Assembly: GCA_004322365.1 (NCBI GenBank)
Contig: SCTS01000005.1
Location: 67,697 to 131,696 of the forward strand
Direction: 5' to 3'
Source of the DNA: Patescibacteria group bacterium
Lineage (GTDB): Bacteria; Patescibacteriota; Minisyncoccia; Phycocordibacterales; Phycocordibacteraceae
DNA length: 64,000 bases
Both the position numbers and the translations under genes were made by a program. Shown piece after piece: positions 1 through 9,296 of the stretch (positions are counted from its first letter, which is position 1; each line of letters starts with the position of its first letter). The notes below the pieces were generated by a model that saw only the letters and a list, made by a program, of their open reading frames with translations, had not been told where the DNA came from and did not search any database.

Positions 1-236
1 CCATTATTGCACTCGGATGTATCATTAAAGGAGAAACTTCTCACGATCAATACATTGCCCACGCTACTGCAACTGGACTTACTGAAGTATCTCTCAAGGT
101 AGGTATACCGATAATATTTGGCGTACTCACTACAAACAACCTAAAACAGGCTAAAGTTCGGTCCACTGGGATAATGAACAAAGGGAAAGAGGCTGCAGAA
201 ACGGCCATCGAAATGGCGTCTCTGAATAAAACCTGA
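1..236 (+). CDS. ribH: 6,7-dimethyl-8-ribityllumazine synthase, 3' part (truncated by window edge)
   Basis: Manual translation from nt 3 gives IIALGCIIKGETSHDQYIA...GIPIIFGVLTTNNLKQAKVRS...NKGKEAAETAIEM*, with the RibH motifs G-x-V/I-I-x-G-x-T-x-H, PxxFGVLT and NKG. Not in the ORF track. Confidence 0.93.
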   Translation, partial: IIALGCIIKGETSHDQYIAHATATGLTEVSLKVGIPIIFGVLTTNNLKQAKVRSTGIMNKGKEAAETAIEMASLNKT

Positions 237-296
237 TAAAATTTTGAAATACTTTTGAAGTAATGTACGCATGGTATCTTGTTCTTGAGGACTCAT

Positions 297-692
297 ATGA
301 CTACATGGCATCAAAAACATACGCAAGCTTTAACTTTTGGCGATAGACTATCAAGCATATTGGCAACAGGGATGGGCTCGTGGAAATTCATCACCATCCA
401 AACAGTCTTTGTTGCTACATGGATAACCTTAAATATCATAGGAGTTGTTCAGCGTTGGGATGTCTACCCCTTCATACTTCTCAATCTTATCTTCTCAACT
501 CAAGCAGCATATGCCGCACCTATCATCATGATGGCGCAAAATCGCCAGTCAGAGCGCGACCGTCATCACGCCGAAGCAGACTACGAAACTAATACAAGAG
601 CTAAAGAAGAAATTGAGGCGTTACAAAAAAACCTCAGTCGAATAGAAATCGAAAAGCTGGATAAAATATTAGCTTTATTAGAAAAAAAATAA
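297..692 (+). CDS. DUF1003-family membrane protein
   Basis: GSWKF...WDVYPFILLNLIFSTQAAYAAPIIMMAQNRQ signature; ATG 297 preferred over TTG 279. Confidence 0.85.
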   Translation: MTTWHQKHTQALTFGDRLSSILATGMGSWKFITIQTVFVATWITLNIIGVVQRWDVYPFILLNLIFSTQAAYAAPIIMMAQNRQSERDRHHAEADYETNTRAKEEIEALQKNLSRIEIEKLDKILALLEKK

Positions 693-846
693 TCTATATT
701 CTATGGATTTCGTACAGTTATTTCAACAGTTTTTTTCTCTCATTGTACAAATAGTTCAATTTTTTATAAACCTCATTCTGTTCATTCTTTCACTTCTCAC
801 ACCTATCGTGAATGCCATACTTGCCGTATTCCAATAATACAAAACT

Positions 847-999
847 ATGTTTGATCTCTTCGGCATAAGAAAGCGGATGGCACGCGAAAAAGAGCTCTAC
901 CTTGAAGAGTTAGCAACTGTAGAAAATAGCACTACACAAGTAAATGAAAAGACAGACACTCAGTGGTCTACCGTAAATCAACTCGACGGACTAAAATAG
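847..999 (+). CDS. small hypothetical protein (50 aa)
   Basis: Manual ORF MFDLFGIRKRMAREKELYLEELATVE...LDGLK*, in an otherwise empty gap. Confidence 0.5.
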   Translation: MFDLFGIRKRMAREKELYLEELATVENSTTQVNEKTDTQWSTVNQLDGLK

Positions 1000-1040
1000 A
1001 TTTTAGAAAAAACACTTTTTAAAAAATCTCCTGACGGAGC

Positions 1041-1415
1041 TTATGTTTTATGTATTTGTGATTCAAGAACGTGCGCATCAATACTATAAGGCTTTCTAAA
1101 TGTAACTAAATGATATAAAAAATAAGGCACCATGTCTAAAAAAAAGTGAGGAACAGCCATAACAAAAAATTTATTAAGGTTTCCAAAATCATAGTGAACC
1201 TCAACTAAGGAACCAGATTTTATTGCGTGAATATGTCTAAATGTCCCTGGCGTTCTATAGTTTGTTTTTCTGTTGAGTGCATGAAAAACCTTCACAAAAT
1301 GCACTTCGTATTCATCAAAAACTGTAGAATCAACAATCAGTAGCTCTCGATGAAAAATGCGAGATGCACCTATAGACTTTGCCTTTAACTCTCGGTATAC
1401 ATCGGTGGCATTCAT
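1041..1415 (-). CDS. hypothetical protein
   Basis: 124-aa ORF with no motif recognised. Confidence 0.55.
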   Translation of the reverse strand: MNATDVYRELKAKSIGASRIFHRELLIVDSTVFDEYEVHFVKVFHALNRKTNYRTPGTFRHIHAIKSGSLVEVHYDFGNLNKFFVMAVPHFFLDMVPYFLYHLVTFRKPYSIDAHVLESQIHKT

Positions 1416-1483
1416 AGCGGTAGTGTCGATTCTATCACGAATACCATACCCACATCTCCTTTCCTGCTCTAGTGTAAATACAA

Positions 1484-2632
1484 CTACTGAGATTTATAAG
1501 CAGTAATGACCGAATTGATTACACTGCTCGGTATAGTTTCTGTCCCTTCAAACCAACCCCGAGCACGTTGAACCTCTTCCTTTGAAAGCGTTTTTTGAAG
1601 CTCATCAAAGAAATTACTAGCTTTCCCTGCATGAATATCAGTAAGAATTTTTTCTACGCTAGTGTGAGTATTTGACTCCTGCAACATTCCATCAACCGCA
1701 AGCATCGAAAGTGGAGCGAGCACATAATGTCCATACTGATAATCGAGATTCGGAGAGTTGGGCGCAACAATTACACTTTGTCTAATTTTCTCAAAAGCCT
1801 TTTGATCATTGAAAGGCGCTTCTTTGATCAGTGAAAAGTTTCCAGTTCTCACTGCTGTATGAACACCGTAGAGATACACAATACGCCCTGATCGCTCCGC
1901 GGAAGTGGTAAATGCTGTTTCTGCCCAAGTAGCCTCAACCTCCTGCCAATCTTCTTCTGCGAACGGCGACTGCAACTTTTGATACGGGAGTGCGCCACTC
2001 TGATGCCTGTTGTAAAGGTGCATTACTGCGTGAATGAAAAGTTCCTCTCCACGAAGACTATTCTGTGTGCGCACGAAAGCACTAACTCTTGCGCTTGGAT
2101 CTGGATACACATATGTAGCATCTTCGTCTGCATTTCCAGCAAGGCCTGCAGTAATAAGAACGACATGTTGAACTCGTTGTTCTTTAGGATCGTCATTAAA
2201 CAATTTCCCTGTGCGATTGAATGCATTCTCAATAATGGCAACATATCGCCGTATCGAACTTTCTGTTGTGGTTACGGGATATAAAATATCTACCTTATAC
2301 ATGCTCTGTTTTGGCTGAATACTCTGTAGTGTGAATGCATCGGAGCGAATAAGAACGCCTGTCAATTTCGTCTCAAATTTCGCCCACCCCGCCCCCGTCT
2401 CTATGGCACCAACAGCTTCCCAACCTTGAGGTACACACACTGGTCGGTTTTTGTGATCAAAACTTTTGAGTATGTCGCCAGACCAGATGCGATACCCTTG
2501 CGAGCCTGCAATAGGTTTTAAATAATCAGGAACTTTGTAGCACTCTCCCTTAAGAATAGGTACAAAATAAACAACTACTGCCAACAATGCGCATACAGCT
2601 GGCACGCCAATGATTACCAATACTTTCCTCAT
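1484..2632 (-). CDS. secreted or membrane-anchored gluzincin (M1/M61)-like protein with degenerate HExxH
   Basis: N-terminal TM segment; FIHAVMHLY followed by WQEVEATWAE and YGHYVLAPLSMLAVDGML, spaced like gluzincin motifs. Confidence 0.6.
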   Translation of the reverse strand: MRKVLVIIGVPAVCALLAVVVYFVPILKGECYKVPDYLKPIAGSQGYRIWSGDILKSFDHKNRPVCVPQGWEAVGAIETGAGWAKFETKLTGVLIRSDAFTLQSIQPKQSMYKVDILYPVTTTESSIRRYVAIIENAFNRTGKLFNDDPKEQRVQHVVLITAGLAGNADEDATYVYPDPSARVSAFVRTQNSLRGEELFIHAVMHLYNRHQSGALPYQKLQSPFAEEDWQEVEATWAETAFTTSAERSGRIVYLYGVHTAVRTGNFSLIKEAPFNDQKAFEKIRQSVIVAPNSPNLDYQYGHYVLAPLSMLAVDGMLQESNTHTSVEKILTDIHAGKASNFFDELQKTLSKEEVQRARGWFEGTETIPSSVINSVITAYKSQ

Positions 2633-2703
2633 ATAAAAAGTATACCCCGTGAGATAGGCTCAACAACAAAATTCAAGAATAACGCAAGGCGAGTCGTAAC
2701 CGA

Positions 2704-3249
2704 TTAGAGAGATCTAACCTCTATTTTATGCGGCCAAGGGAACGGCTCACCACCCTCTTCAAGTTCTAGGGTGCCTTCTGCCTGAAGACCTTTCACGCGT
2801 CCATCCAAATATTCTTTCCAAAGAATAAATTTCCCATTCTGAACTTTAGCAATGATTGCATCGCTTACCACCTCACGTTTGCCAGTTATTTTCTTTGTTG
2901 TGGCAAACTGCCACTCAACGGCAACGTCATCCCCGTTAACAACAATAGTATGGATGTACACTTTTGTATCTGTGTATGCATCCCTAAAAAACCGCAAATC
3001 TTCAAGTGTCTGCTCCTTACTCAATCGTCTTCCGGGATACGCAAAAACCATATTTTCATGCAACAACGAGGCCAATAATTCCTCATCTCCTGTCTGCCAT
3101 GCACGTGCATGCTTTGAAACCATTTGTACAATGATCTCACGGTGTATGTTCAATAATTGTTGATGGGCAAAGAAACCGAGCACACCAACAAGAACCAACG
3201 CCAATATGCTGTATACTATTTTTTTATTTTTCAGAGAATGTATATTCAT
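2704..3249 (-). CDS. NTF2/SnoaL-like protein with N-terminal TM anchor
   Basis: AWQTGD..LL..LLHENMVF, GDDVAVEW and NGKFILWKEYLD are SnoaL-type patterns. Confidence 0.75.
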   Translation of the reverse strand: MNIHSLKNKKIVYSILALVLVGVLGFFAHQQLLNIHREIIVQMVSKHARAWQTGDEELLASLLHENMVFAYPGRRLSKEQTLEDLRFFRDAYTDTKVYIHTIVVNGDDVAVEWQFATTKKITGKREVVSDAIIAKVQNGKFILWKEYLDGRVKGLQAEGTLELEEGGEPFPWPHKIEVRSL

Positions 3250-3324
3250 GCCATATATTATTTCATACTTTTCTGAAGCATTGCAACTAACAATAGCTAG
3301 AGGGAGTCCTAATACTCAGACTAT

Positions 3325-3846
3325 CTACACTTCTCCTTGCGCTAGCATGGTCAGTGCGCGAGTTCGGTCGTGGTCAAGTTCAACTAAAAGAATCTGTTGC
3401 CATACTCCTCTAATCACCTTCCCGTTCTCAATAATAAGCGTCAGGTAGCTGGGAATAATTAACCCTTGTGCATGTGCATGCCCATTAACGCATTCTTGAC
3501 TCACTCCGTTTTCGTCAGGCACACAGAGATGCGTGTGTCGCTTCCCTTCTGGATTATTAACATCACGAATATCATTGTGACCATATGTTTCAGCAGGGCT
3601 AGCAAAACGGTCAAGCACTCGTTGTAAGTCAGGCACATACCCGAGGGTCGTGGCTGGTCCAATCAAATTTGGCTCATCTTCGTTCACCCACAAGCCACAC
3701 GTCGTGTGATGTGTTTGAAGTGTGAGTGTACCTGTCTGCACTCCTGAATCTGCAACAAATAAATCAACCTCGGGAGTAATATTGATAAACTCCAAACGAT
3801 GCTTTGTCTGATAGGTTAGAGTTTTCGTGACAGCTTTGTAGGACAT
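3325..3846 (-). CDS. yjbQ: YjbQ/UPF0047 family protein
   Basis: HTTCGLWVNE, NGHAH and GVWQQILLVELD motifs. Confidence 0.85.
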   Translation of the reverse strand: MSYKAVTKTLTYQTKHRLEFINITPEVDLFVADSGVQTGTLTLQTHHTTCGLWVNEDEPNLIGPATTLGYVPDLQRVLDRFASPAETYGHNDIRDVNNPEGKRHTHLCVPDENGVSQECVNGHAHAQGLIIPSYLTLIIENGKVIRGVWQQILLVELDHDRTRALTMLAQGEV

Positions 3847-3927
3847 ATGTATTACACACTAAACCACAGTAAAGGCGTGTTGGTTTCATTACAAAGCTAC
3901 GCTTAAATAAAAATGTATAATTCTACT

Positions 3928-4176
3928 ATGCACTGGCAAGATATTGTTCTCTCAGTTGGTCAATATATTTTTGTTATTGCCCTACTCCCTTCTGTTTTTG
4001 GAAAAGATAAACCAGCTCTTTCTTCAAGCCTACTCACCGGCACTGTGCTTGCAGTTTTTAGTGTTGTCTATGCAACTCTTGGATTGTGGAACTCAACGGT
4101 CGCCTCAAGCATCGTTACTGCGACATGGTTTCTTTTAGCGTGGCAACAGTACAGAAAAAGAACAAGAAATAAATAA
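3928..4176 (+). CDS. small 3-TM membrane protein (PQ-loop/SemiSWEET-like)
   Basis: Hydrophobic ORF WQDIVLSVGQYIFVIALLPS; TATAAT 6 nt upstream of ATG 3928. Confidence 0.65.
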   Translation: MHWQDIVLSVGQYIFVIALLPSVFGKDKPALSSSLLTGTVLAVFSVVYATLGLWNSTVASSIVTATWFLLAWQQYRKRTRNK

Positions 4177-4177
4177 T

Positions 4178-4741
4178 CTACTCCATCAATCCCTCCAGCA
4201 CTCCTTCAAGAGTGACCTTAAGAAGGAGAACAGCTCCAACAGACGGCGGAGTAGTCATTGGCTCGCCCACCTTTCGCTCTGCAAAATTTATATGAAGCTC
4301 TTTTGAATCAGAGTATATTTCGGTTGATTGGGGCGCAATTCTATCGCCAACAAGAAACGCGTTGGTAGTTTTGTATCCCGCTCCAGTTTTGAGTGCAACA
4401 ACTGCGTAGTAAAAAAGTCCACTACCTCCAGTGTCTTGCGTAACGAGAAAAGCGACATCCTCTAAGCCGTCTCCATTCAAATCACCTCTCGCTTCGTTTC
4501 CAAAATACCGTGTCGTTGTTTTTGAAGCAGAGTCTGGCACCACTGAAACTTCTGAAACTCCCTGCACTAAAACCACTTCACTTCCCTCAATCGTGAAGCT
4601 GGTGTTTTTCCCGTTGAAAGTAGCGGTCTCTTCTGAGGATATCGTAGACACTACTTTATTAGTGTCTCTTGTAAGAAAGAAAATTCCCACAATGACTACG
4701 GCGATAACGACAACAAAACTGATGAGTGTTTTTTTATTCAT
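4178..4741 (-). CDS. membrane-anchored hypothetical protein
   Basis: N-terminal TM; GDLNGDGLEDVAF and TGGSGLFYY...GDRIAPQ motifs. Confidence 0.75.
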   Translation of the reverse strand: MNKKTLISFVVVIAVVIVGIFFLTRDTNKVVSTISSEETATFNGKNTSFTIEGSEVVLVQGVSEVSVVPDSASKTTTRYFGNEARGDLNGDGLEDVAFLVTQDTGGSGLFYYAVVALKTGAGYKTTNAFLVGDRIAPQSTEIYSDSKELHINFAERKVGEPMTTPPSVGAVLLLKVTLEGVLEGLME

Positions 4742-4747
4742 ATTTAG

Positions 4748-5074
4748 TTACACTATCCATTTTTTCGTCACAGCATCATACTCTGAAACAATTTCGGGCC
4801 ACCCCAACTGAGGAACAACCATAATACTGGTCACGGATGATTTGCTACCATTTGGAAAATCCCCTTTTCTCTGATAGATGTACTCAGCGCTATCTCTTTC
4901 TATCTTACGAACTCCTTTAACTTCTAGAAGATATACTCCATCCTTGTCACGTAACTCCTTTATTATTGTAGGATTTTCGCAATAGGTACTAATAGCTGAA
5001 AGTATCTCTTGTCGGGTAAGAATATTTTCAAAACCTCTTTCCGCAGCATTGTCTTGAGGACCTTCAGTAGCCAT
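4748..5074 (-). CDS. hypothetical protein
   Basis: ORF; ATG 5074 (MATEGPQ) avoids overlap with mscL. Confidence 0.6.
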   Translation of the reverse strand: MATEGPQDNAAERGFENILTRQEILSAISTYCENPTIIKELRDKDGVYLLEVKGVRKIERDSAEYIYQRKGDFPNGSKSSVTSIMVVPQLGWPEIVSEYDAVTKKWIV

Positions 5075-5079
5075 ACAAA

Positions 5080-5481
5080 TTAGGGTAGTACTTGCGTACA
5101 GAACGCACAGCGACGAGCACTTGCAGGTATTTTTGAAAGACACTCAGTGCATTTTTTTGTTGCAGGATCAGCTGGAGTGTCTTTAAGTGCATGAGCACTC
5201 AGCACATTCATCGGCTTAACCACAAAGAAAAATACCGAACCAGCCACAAGAATGAATGATATAAGAGTATTGATAAAATGCCCGTATCTAAACTGACTAC
5301 CATTGAGGGTAAATACCATTCCACCAAAATCAGGAACTTTCGCAATGGCAGCTATAAAAGGAGTAAGTAGGTCGGCCACCAAAGCAGTCACTATGCTTCC
5401 AAAGGCTGCTCCCACCACGACACCGACTGCCAAATCGACCACATTACCTCGCAAAAGAAATGCCTTGAATTCGTTAAACAT
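5080..5481 (-). CDS. mscL: large-conductance mechanosensitive channel MscL with C-terminal CxxC..CxxC tail
   Basis: EFKAFLLRGNVVDLAVGVVVGAAFGSIV signature; C-terminus KCTECLSKIPASARRCAFCT. Confidence 0.96.
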   Translation of the reverse strand: MFNEFKAFLLRGNVVDLAVGVVVGAAFGSIVTALVADLLTPFIAAIAKVPDFGGMVFTLNGSQFRYGHFINTLISFILVAGSVFFFVVKPMNVLSAHALKDTPADPATKKCTECLSKIPASARRCAFCTQVLP

Positions 5482-5569
5482 ACAAGTTTGGATATATAAG
5501 TTAAATACCTCGTAATAATAACAGATTTCAAGTGTTTAGCTGAGCCCCCCCCCCCGCTACACCAAAACC

Positions 5570-5600
5570 AAAAACCCCGCATCGATGATGTGAGGTTTTT
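5570..5600 (-). terminator. probable intrinsic terminator
   Basis: AAAAACCCCGCATC-GAT-GATGTGAGGTTTTT imperfect hairpin with A/T tails, downstream of the 5625..5846 ORF. Confidence 0.5.
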
Positions 5601-5624
5601 CGTTTCTCTATTGTCCAATTTTTA

Positions 5625-5846
5625 CTAAGGAGCGGGTGTATCAGCTTTTGGAGCTGGGGTAACAGGATTAGGAATGGTCACATTAATAATGGCATCCTTC
5701 GGTACAGCGGATCTAAAAACACCATTCTGATATAAAATCACACCACCAACGAGCACTACAAGAATGAGTACGACTGCGACAACCCAACCGGCGCCACTAT
5801 CGCTACCATTAGTATTACTTGGAGGAGTATTAATTACTGTTGTCAT
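5625..5846 (-). CDS. small single-pass membrane protein
   Basis: One TM helix and a Pro-rich tail. Confidence 0.7.
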   Translation of the reverse strand: MTTVINTPPSNTNGSDSGAGWVVAVVLILVVLVGGVILYQNGVFRSAVPKDAIINVTIPNPVTPAPKADTPAP

Positions 5847-6018
5847 AATATATTTACTGCAAGGGTGTATTTAAATTATTAATATTTCACCCTACACACA
5901 AGAAGCCGTTCCAAAACAATAGGAATTACATACACACACGACCGCAATAAAGAAGTAATACTAACGACAATGAAACGGCTCCAGCTGGGGATGTAATTTA
6001 TTAACTTATATAACTAAC

Positions 6019-6177
6019 ATGTCATTACTTACTTTGTGCGAAATTGTTTTCTTTCTAGGATTTGGCATTAATCACTTTTATCCCAATAGAATACTTGGAA
6101 TCGTAGTGGCAGTAGCAGCCATAGCGATTGGTATCGTTCTTTTACTTACTACAGTCATAGGGCTGAAACTTAGTTAA
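6019..6177 (+). CDS. small 2-TM membrane protein (52 aa)
   Basis: Manual ORF MSLLTLCEIVFFLGFGINHFYPNRILGIVVAVAAIAIGIVLLLTTVIGLKLS*. Confidence 0.55.
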   Translation: MSLLTLCEIVFFLGFGINHFYPNRILGIVVAVAAIAIGIVLLLTTVIGLKLS

Positions 6178-6188
6178 TAGTGAACACC

Positions 6189-6338
6189 ATGGATGCAACA
6201 GAGATAGACAAAGCGGCGGCAGAAGCTGATGAACAAGCGCGCCGTGCCGAAGAAAAAGCTCACCTTGCACATGAAGCTTCCGCCTTAGAACACGAGCGAC
6301 TAGCTGAAATAGAGAGGCAAAAAAGCGTTTCTCCATGA
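6189..6338 (+). CDS. small coiled-coil protein (49 aa)
   Basis: Manual ORF MDATEIDKAAAEADEQARRAEEKAHLAHEASALEHERLAEIERQKSVSP*; protein-like Ala/Glu composition; 11 nt after the previous ORF. Confidence 0.55.
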   Translation: MDATEIDKAAAEADEQARRAEEKAHLAHEASALEHERLAEIERQKSVSP

Positions 6339-6554
6339 ATGCACTTAGAGCTCCGATCCACATAGTGCGCTAAATCTTCCATTTGGTTTTTCGTGCACAA
6401 CTAGAAATGTTTGTAATAGTTATCGGGTATGTACGGCTATGAGAGTACAGTCTTAAAAAAACAAGCTTATTAGCCATAATACCGACAAAAGCAGCGCGCC
6501 GAAAGGAAAATATTTAATCGAAACCGGACCCCGAGTTAATAAAGCGTTGGAAAT

Positions 6555-7142
6555 ATGAGTGATACAAAAACAAACACAAATGGATCAAAAGAGTCCCAGG
6601 AGCTCGCCCTGCACTACATGAAAACACTCGTTGAAGTGGCGAGGGAGTCATTCTTAATTCTCGACTCCAATCTTCGGGTTGTTTCGGCAAATCCTACCTT
6701 TTATCAAAATTTCCAAGTATCTCCTGAACAGACAGAAGGTGTACTCCTCTACGAGCTTGGAAACGGGCAGTGGAACATCCCACTCCTCAAAAGCTTATTG
6801 GAAGAAATTCTGCCAATGAAAAAGGTAGTCAAAGACTATGAGGTAAAGCACTCATTCCAAAAAATCGGAGAAAAAACTATTCTGCTCAACGCCAGGCAAA
6901 TAGACATTGATACAGCACACATGATTGTCTTGGCCATGGAAGACATCACTGTTAGAAAGGAGTTGGAGCAAAAGCTGGCTGAATATACTACTGAGCTTGA
7001 ACTCAAGGTGGCGGAGCGCACTGGAGAGATTGCAGATAGGGTGCGAGACTTAGAATCTCTAAACAAGGTGATGGTTGGGAGAGAATTGAAGATGATAGAG
7101 TTAAAAAAGGAACTCGCTGCACTTAAAGCCTCATCGCACTAA
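6555..7142 (+). CDS. PAS-domain protein with C-terminal coiled coil
   Basis: LILDSNLRVVSANPTFY...LYELGNGQWNIP...LAMEDITVRK PAS/PAC pattern, then a coil ending MVGRELKMIELKKEL. Confidence 0.85.
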   Translation: MSDTKTNTNGSKESQELALHYMKTLVEVARESFLILDSNLRVVSANPTFYQNFQVSPEQTEGVLLYELGNGQWNIPLLKSLLEEILPMKKVVKDYEVKHSFQKIGEKTILLNARQIDIDTAHMIVLAMEDITVRKELEQKLAEYTTELELKVAERTGEIADRVRDLESLNKVMVGRELKMIELKKELAALKASSH

Positions 7143-7157
7143 TGTAGTCAGATTTCT

Positions 7158-8402
7158 ATGACACCCGTCATCGCAAACATTCTCATGGACAAAGAGTTAG
7201 CACATAAAAAAGAAATTGCAGATTCCCAAGCCGCCCTTCTTAATGTTTTAGATGATCAGAAAAGAGATTCAGAAAAAATACTCAAAAAGAAAGCCGTGGA
7301 CGAGGCGATACTCGCGAGCATCGGCGATGGACTCGTCGTCGTCGACAAGGAAGGAAAGATAACCTATGTAAACCAATCATTTGAAAAAATGCTCGGTTGG
7401 TCATCTAAAGAAGTTTTAGGTAAACGCATTGTTGCGGTGGTACCTCGAGAAGACGAAAAAGGCGAAGTAGTTCCTTTTAATGAAAGAATCCTAAACAGAG
7501 TGCTCCGCGGAGAAGTGGTGGTCGCAGACCTTACTAATCCCTTTTACTATATTCGCAAAGATAAAACCCGTTTTCCTTCAAGTAGCATCGTTAACTCAAT
7601 TGTGCTCGATGGTGAAATTATTGGAGTAGTTGAAACATTTCGAGACATTACAAAAGAAAAAGAAATCGACAAAGCAAAAACAGAGTTCGTCTCGCTTGCC
7701 TCTCATCAGCTCCGCACACCTCTCTCTACTATCAACTGGTACACGGAAATGCTTCTAACAGGTGATGTGGGAAAACTAAACGCTGAACAGGAAAAATACC
7801 TCAACGAGGTATACCGAGGTAATCAGCGCATGGTTGGGCTCGTGAATGCACTCTTAAGCGTCTCTCGTATGGATCTTGGGACATTCATCTTTGAGCCTGA
7901 GCCAACAGACATTCCCCTACTCGTTCGAAGTGTTCTGGACGAACAAATGCCTCATATTATTCAAAAAGGTATTACTGTTTTCCCAGCACTTGGAACAAAC
8001 ATTCCCCTCATACAAGTTGACCCTAAACTCCTACGAATGGTTGTACAAAACCTACTCTCAAACGCTATTAAATACACACCTGAAAAAGGAAAAATAGAAA
8101 TCTCCCTCACTCTTACCAATCAAAAGAAGTGCCTCCTGTTCACAATTACTGATACAGGCTATGGCATACCTAAAAATCAGCAACACAAGATATTTCAAAA
8201 ACTCTTCCGAGCAGACAATGTACGCGAAAAAGATACCGAAGGTACCGGCCTCGGACTCTATATCGCAAAAGCAATCATTGATAACTCTGGAGGAAAAATC
8301 TGGTTTGAATCGCCCTCCTCAAATTACGTCGAGGGAGAAGAAAACACAGGTACCACATTTTATGTGGAGTTGCCGTGCAAATTATTAGAAAAAAATAAAT
8401 AA
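7158..8402 (+). CDS. cytoplasmic PAS sensor histidine kinase
   Basis: PAS domain; H-box ASHQLRTPL, N-box NLLSNAIKY, DTGYGI, GTGLGLYI; no TM segment. Confidence 0.95.
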   Translation: MTPVIANILMDKELAHKKEIADSQAALLNVLDDQKRDSEKILKKKAVDEAILASIGDGLVVVDKEGKITYVNQSFEKMLGWSSKEVLGKRIVAVVPREDEKGEVVPFNERILNRVLRGEVVVADLTNPFYYIRKDKTRFPSSSIVNSIVLDGEIIGVVETFRDITKEKEIDKAKTEFVSLASHQLRTPLSTINWYTEMLLTGDVGKLNAEQEKYLNEVYRGNQRMVGLVNALLSVSRMDLGTFIFEPEPTDIPLLVRSVLDEQMPHIIQKGITVFPALGTNIPLIQVDPKLLRMVVQNLLSNAIKYTPEKGKIEISLTLTNQKKCLLFTITDTGYGIPKNQQHKIFQKLFRADNVREKDTEGTGLGLYIAKAIIDNSGGKIWFESPSSNYVEGEENTGTTFYVELPCKLLEKNK

Positions 8403-8414
8403 CATCTTTACTAT

Positions 8415-8879
8415 ATGAAGCGTACATCTAAAAAAAATAGAACGATATTAGTGCTCGAGGATGAACAATCTCTCCTTGGAGTCATTAAAGCTAAGCTCGA
8501 AAAAGAAGGCATCCGTGTTCTTACATCCCGAAGTGTCGAGAAAGCTTTTAGTTCTGACCTCAAGAAGAGCAAATCGGGAGGCATAACCTTGAATAGCGTC
8601 AAAACAGCACTCAAGCATGTCGAAGACTTAGAACAGGTTGACGCCATATGGCTCGACCACAATTTGGTTGGGGAAGAAAATGGACTTGATTTTGTGACAA
8701 AATTCAAAAGAAATGCTGGACACTGGAGCAAAATACCTATCTTTGTTGTCTCAAATACCGCAGACCCAGACTTAGTGAAAACCTACATACGGCTGGGGGT
8801 AAATAAATACTATGTGAAGGCAGAAAATCGACTCGACACCATTGTTGCCGATATACACTCCTCTCTCAGTCACGCATAA
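8415..8879 (+). CDS. single-domain response regulator (receiver only, with insertion)
   Basis: ILVLEDE, DAIWLD, IPIFVVSN and YYVK receiver motifs. Confidence 0.88.
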   Translation: MKRTSKKNRTILVLEDEQSLLGVIKAKLEKEGIRVLTSRSVEKAFSSDLKKSKSGGITLNSVKTALKHVEDLEQVDAIWLDHNLVGEENGLDFVTKFKRNAGHWSKIPIFVVSNTADPDLVKTYIRLGVNKYYVKAENRLDTIVADIHSSLSHA

Positions 8880-8881
8880 AA

Positions 8882-9283
8882 ATGACCACGGAAATTACAC
8901 GACAGACAATTTTAATTGTTGAGGATGAGATTTCACTTCGCAATGCACTTCGTGACAAATTCACACGGGAAGGCTTTCTTGTATTTGATGCCAAAGACGG
9001 TGAAATAGGGCTCGCCGTCGCCATTCGTGAACAACCACAATTAATTCTTCTTGATCTCATGATGCCAAAGATGGATGGCATGACCATGCTTCATAAACTA
9101 CGATCAGAAAACGAGTGGGGTAAGAGTGTTCCCGTTATACTCCTCACCAATCTTGGCGCTGATGATAAAATGATAATGAAAGAAATCGAAGAAGACACTT
9201 CGGCCTATTATTTGGTAAAATCAAACTGGTCAATGGATCAAATGGTAGACAAAGTTAAGGAAACCATTGCTTTGTCTTTATAA
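8882..9283 (+). CDS. single-domain response regulator (receiver only)
   Basis: ILIVEDE, LILLDLMMPKMDG, VPVILLTN and YLVK motifs. Confidence 0.93.
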   Translation: MTTEITRQTILIVEDEISLRNALRDKFTREGFLVFDAKDGEIGLAVAIREQPQLILLDLMMPKMDGMTMLHKLRSENEWGKSVPVILLTNLGADDKMIMKEIEEDTSAYYLVKSNWSMDQMVDKVKETIALSL

Positions 9284-9296
9284 AATAACTTTATTC

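Noticed and set aside
5541-5564. C11 run followed by GCTACACCA, resembling a tRNA 3' end or a phase-variable tract upstream of mscL
   Set aside because: No T-loop consensus or 5' half, so no cloverleaf. Homopolymer length variation cannot be judged without reads.
5902-5981. Inverted repeat AGCCGTTCCA...TGAAACGGCT with about 60 nt between arms
   Set aside because: Short, imperfect and single-copy; no match to an RNA family I recognise.
6480-6545. GC-rich stretch with CCGAAAGG upstream of the PAS gene, considered as a c-di-GMP riboswitch
   Set aside because: Lacks the GGCAAAC...GACGCAAAGC two-stem pattern.
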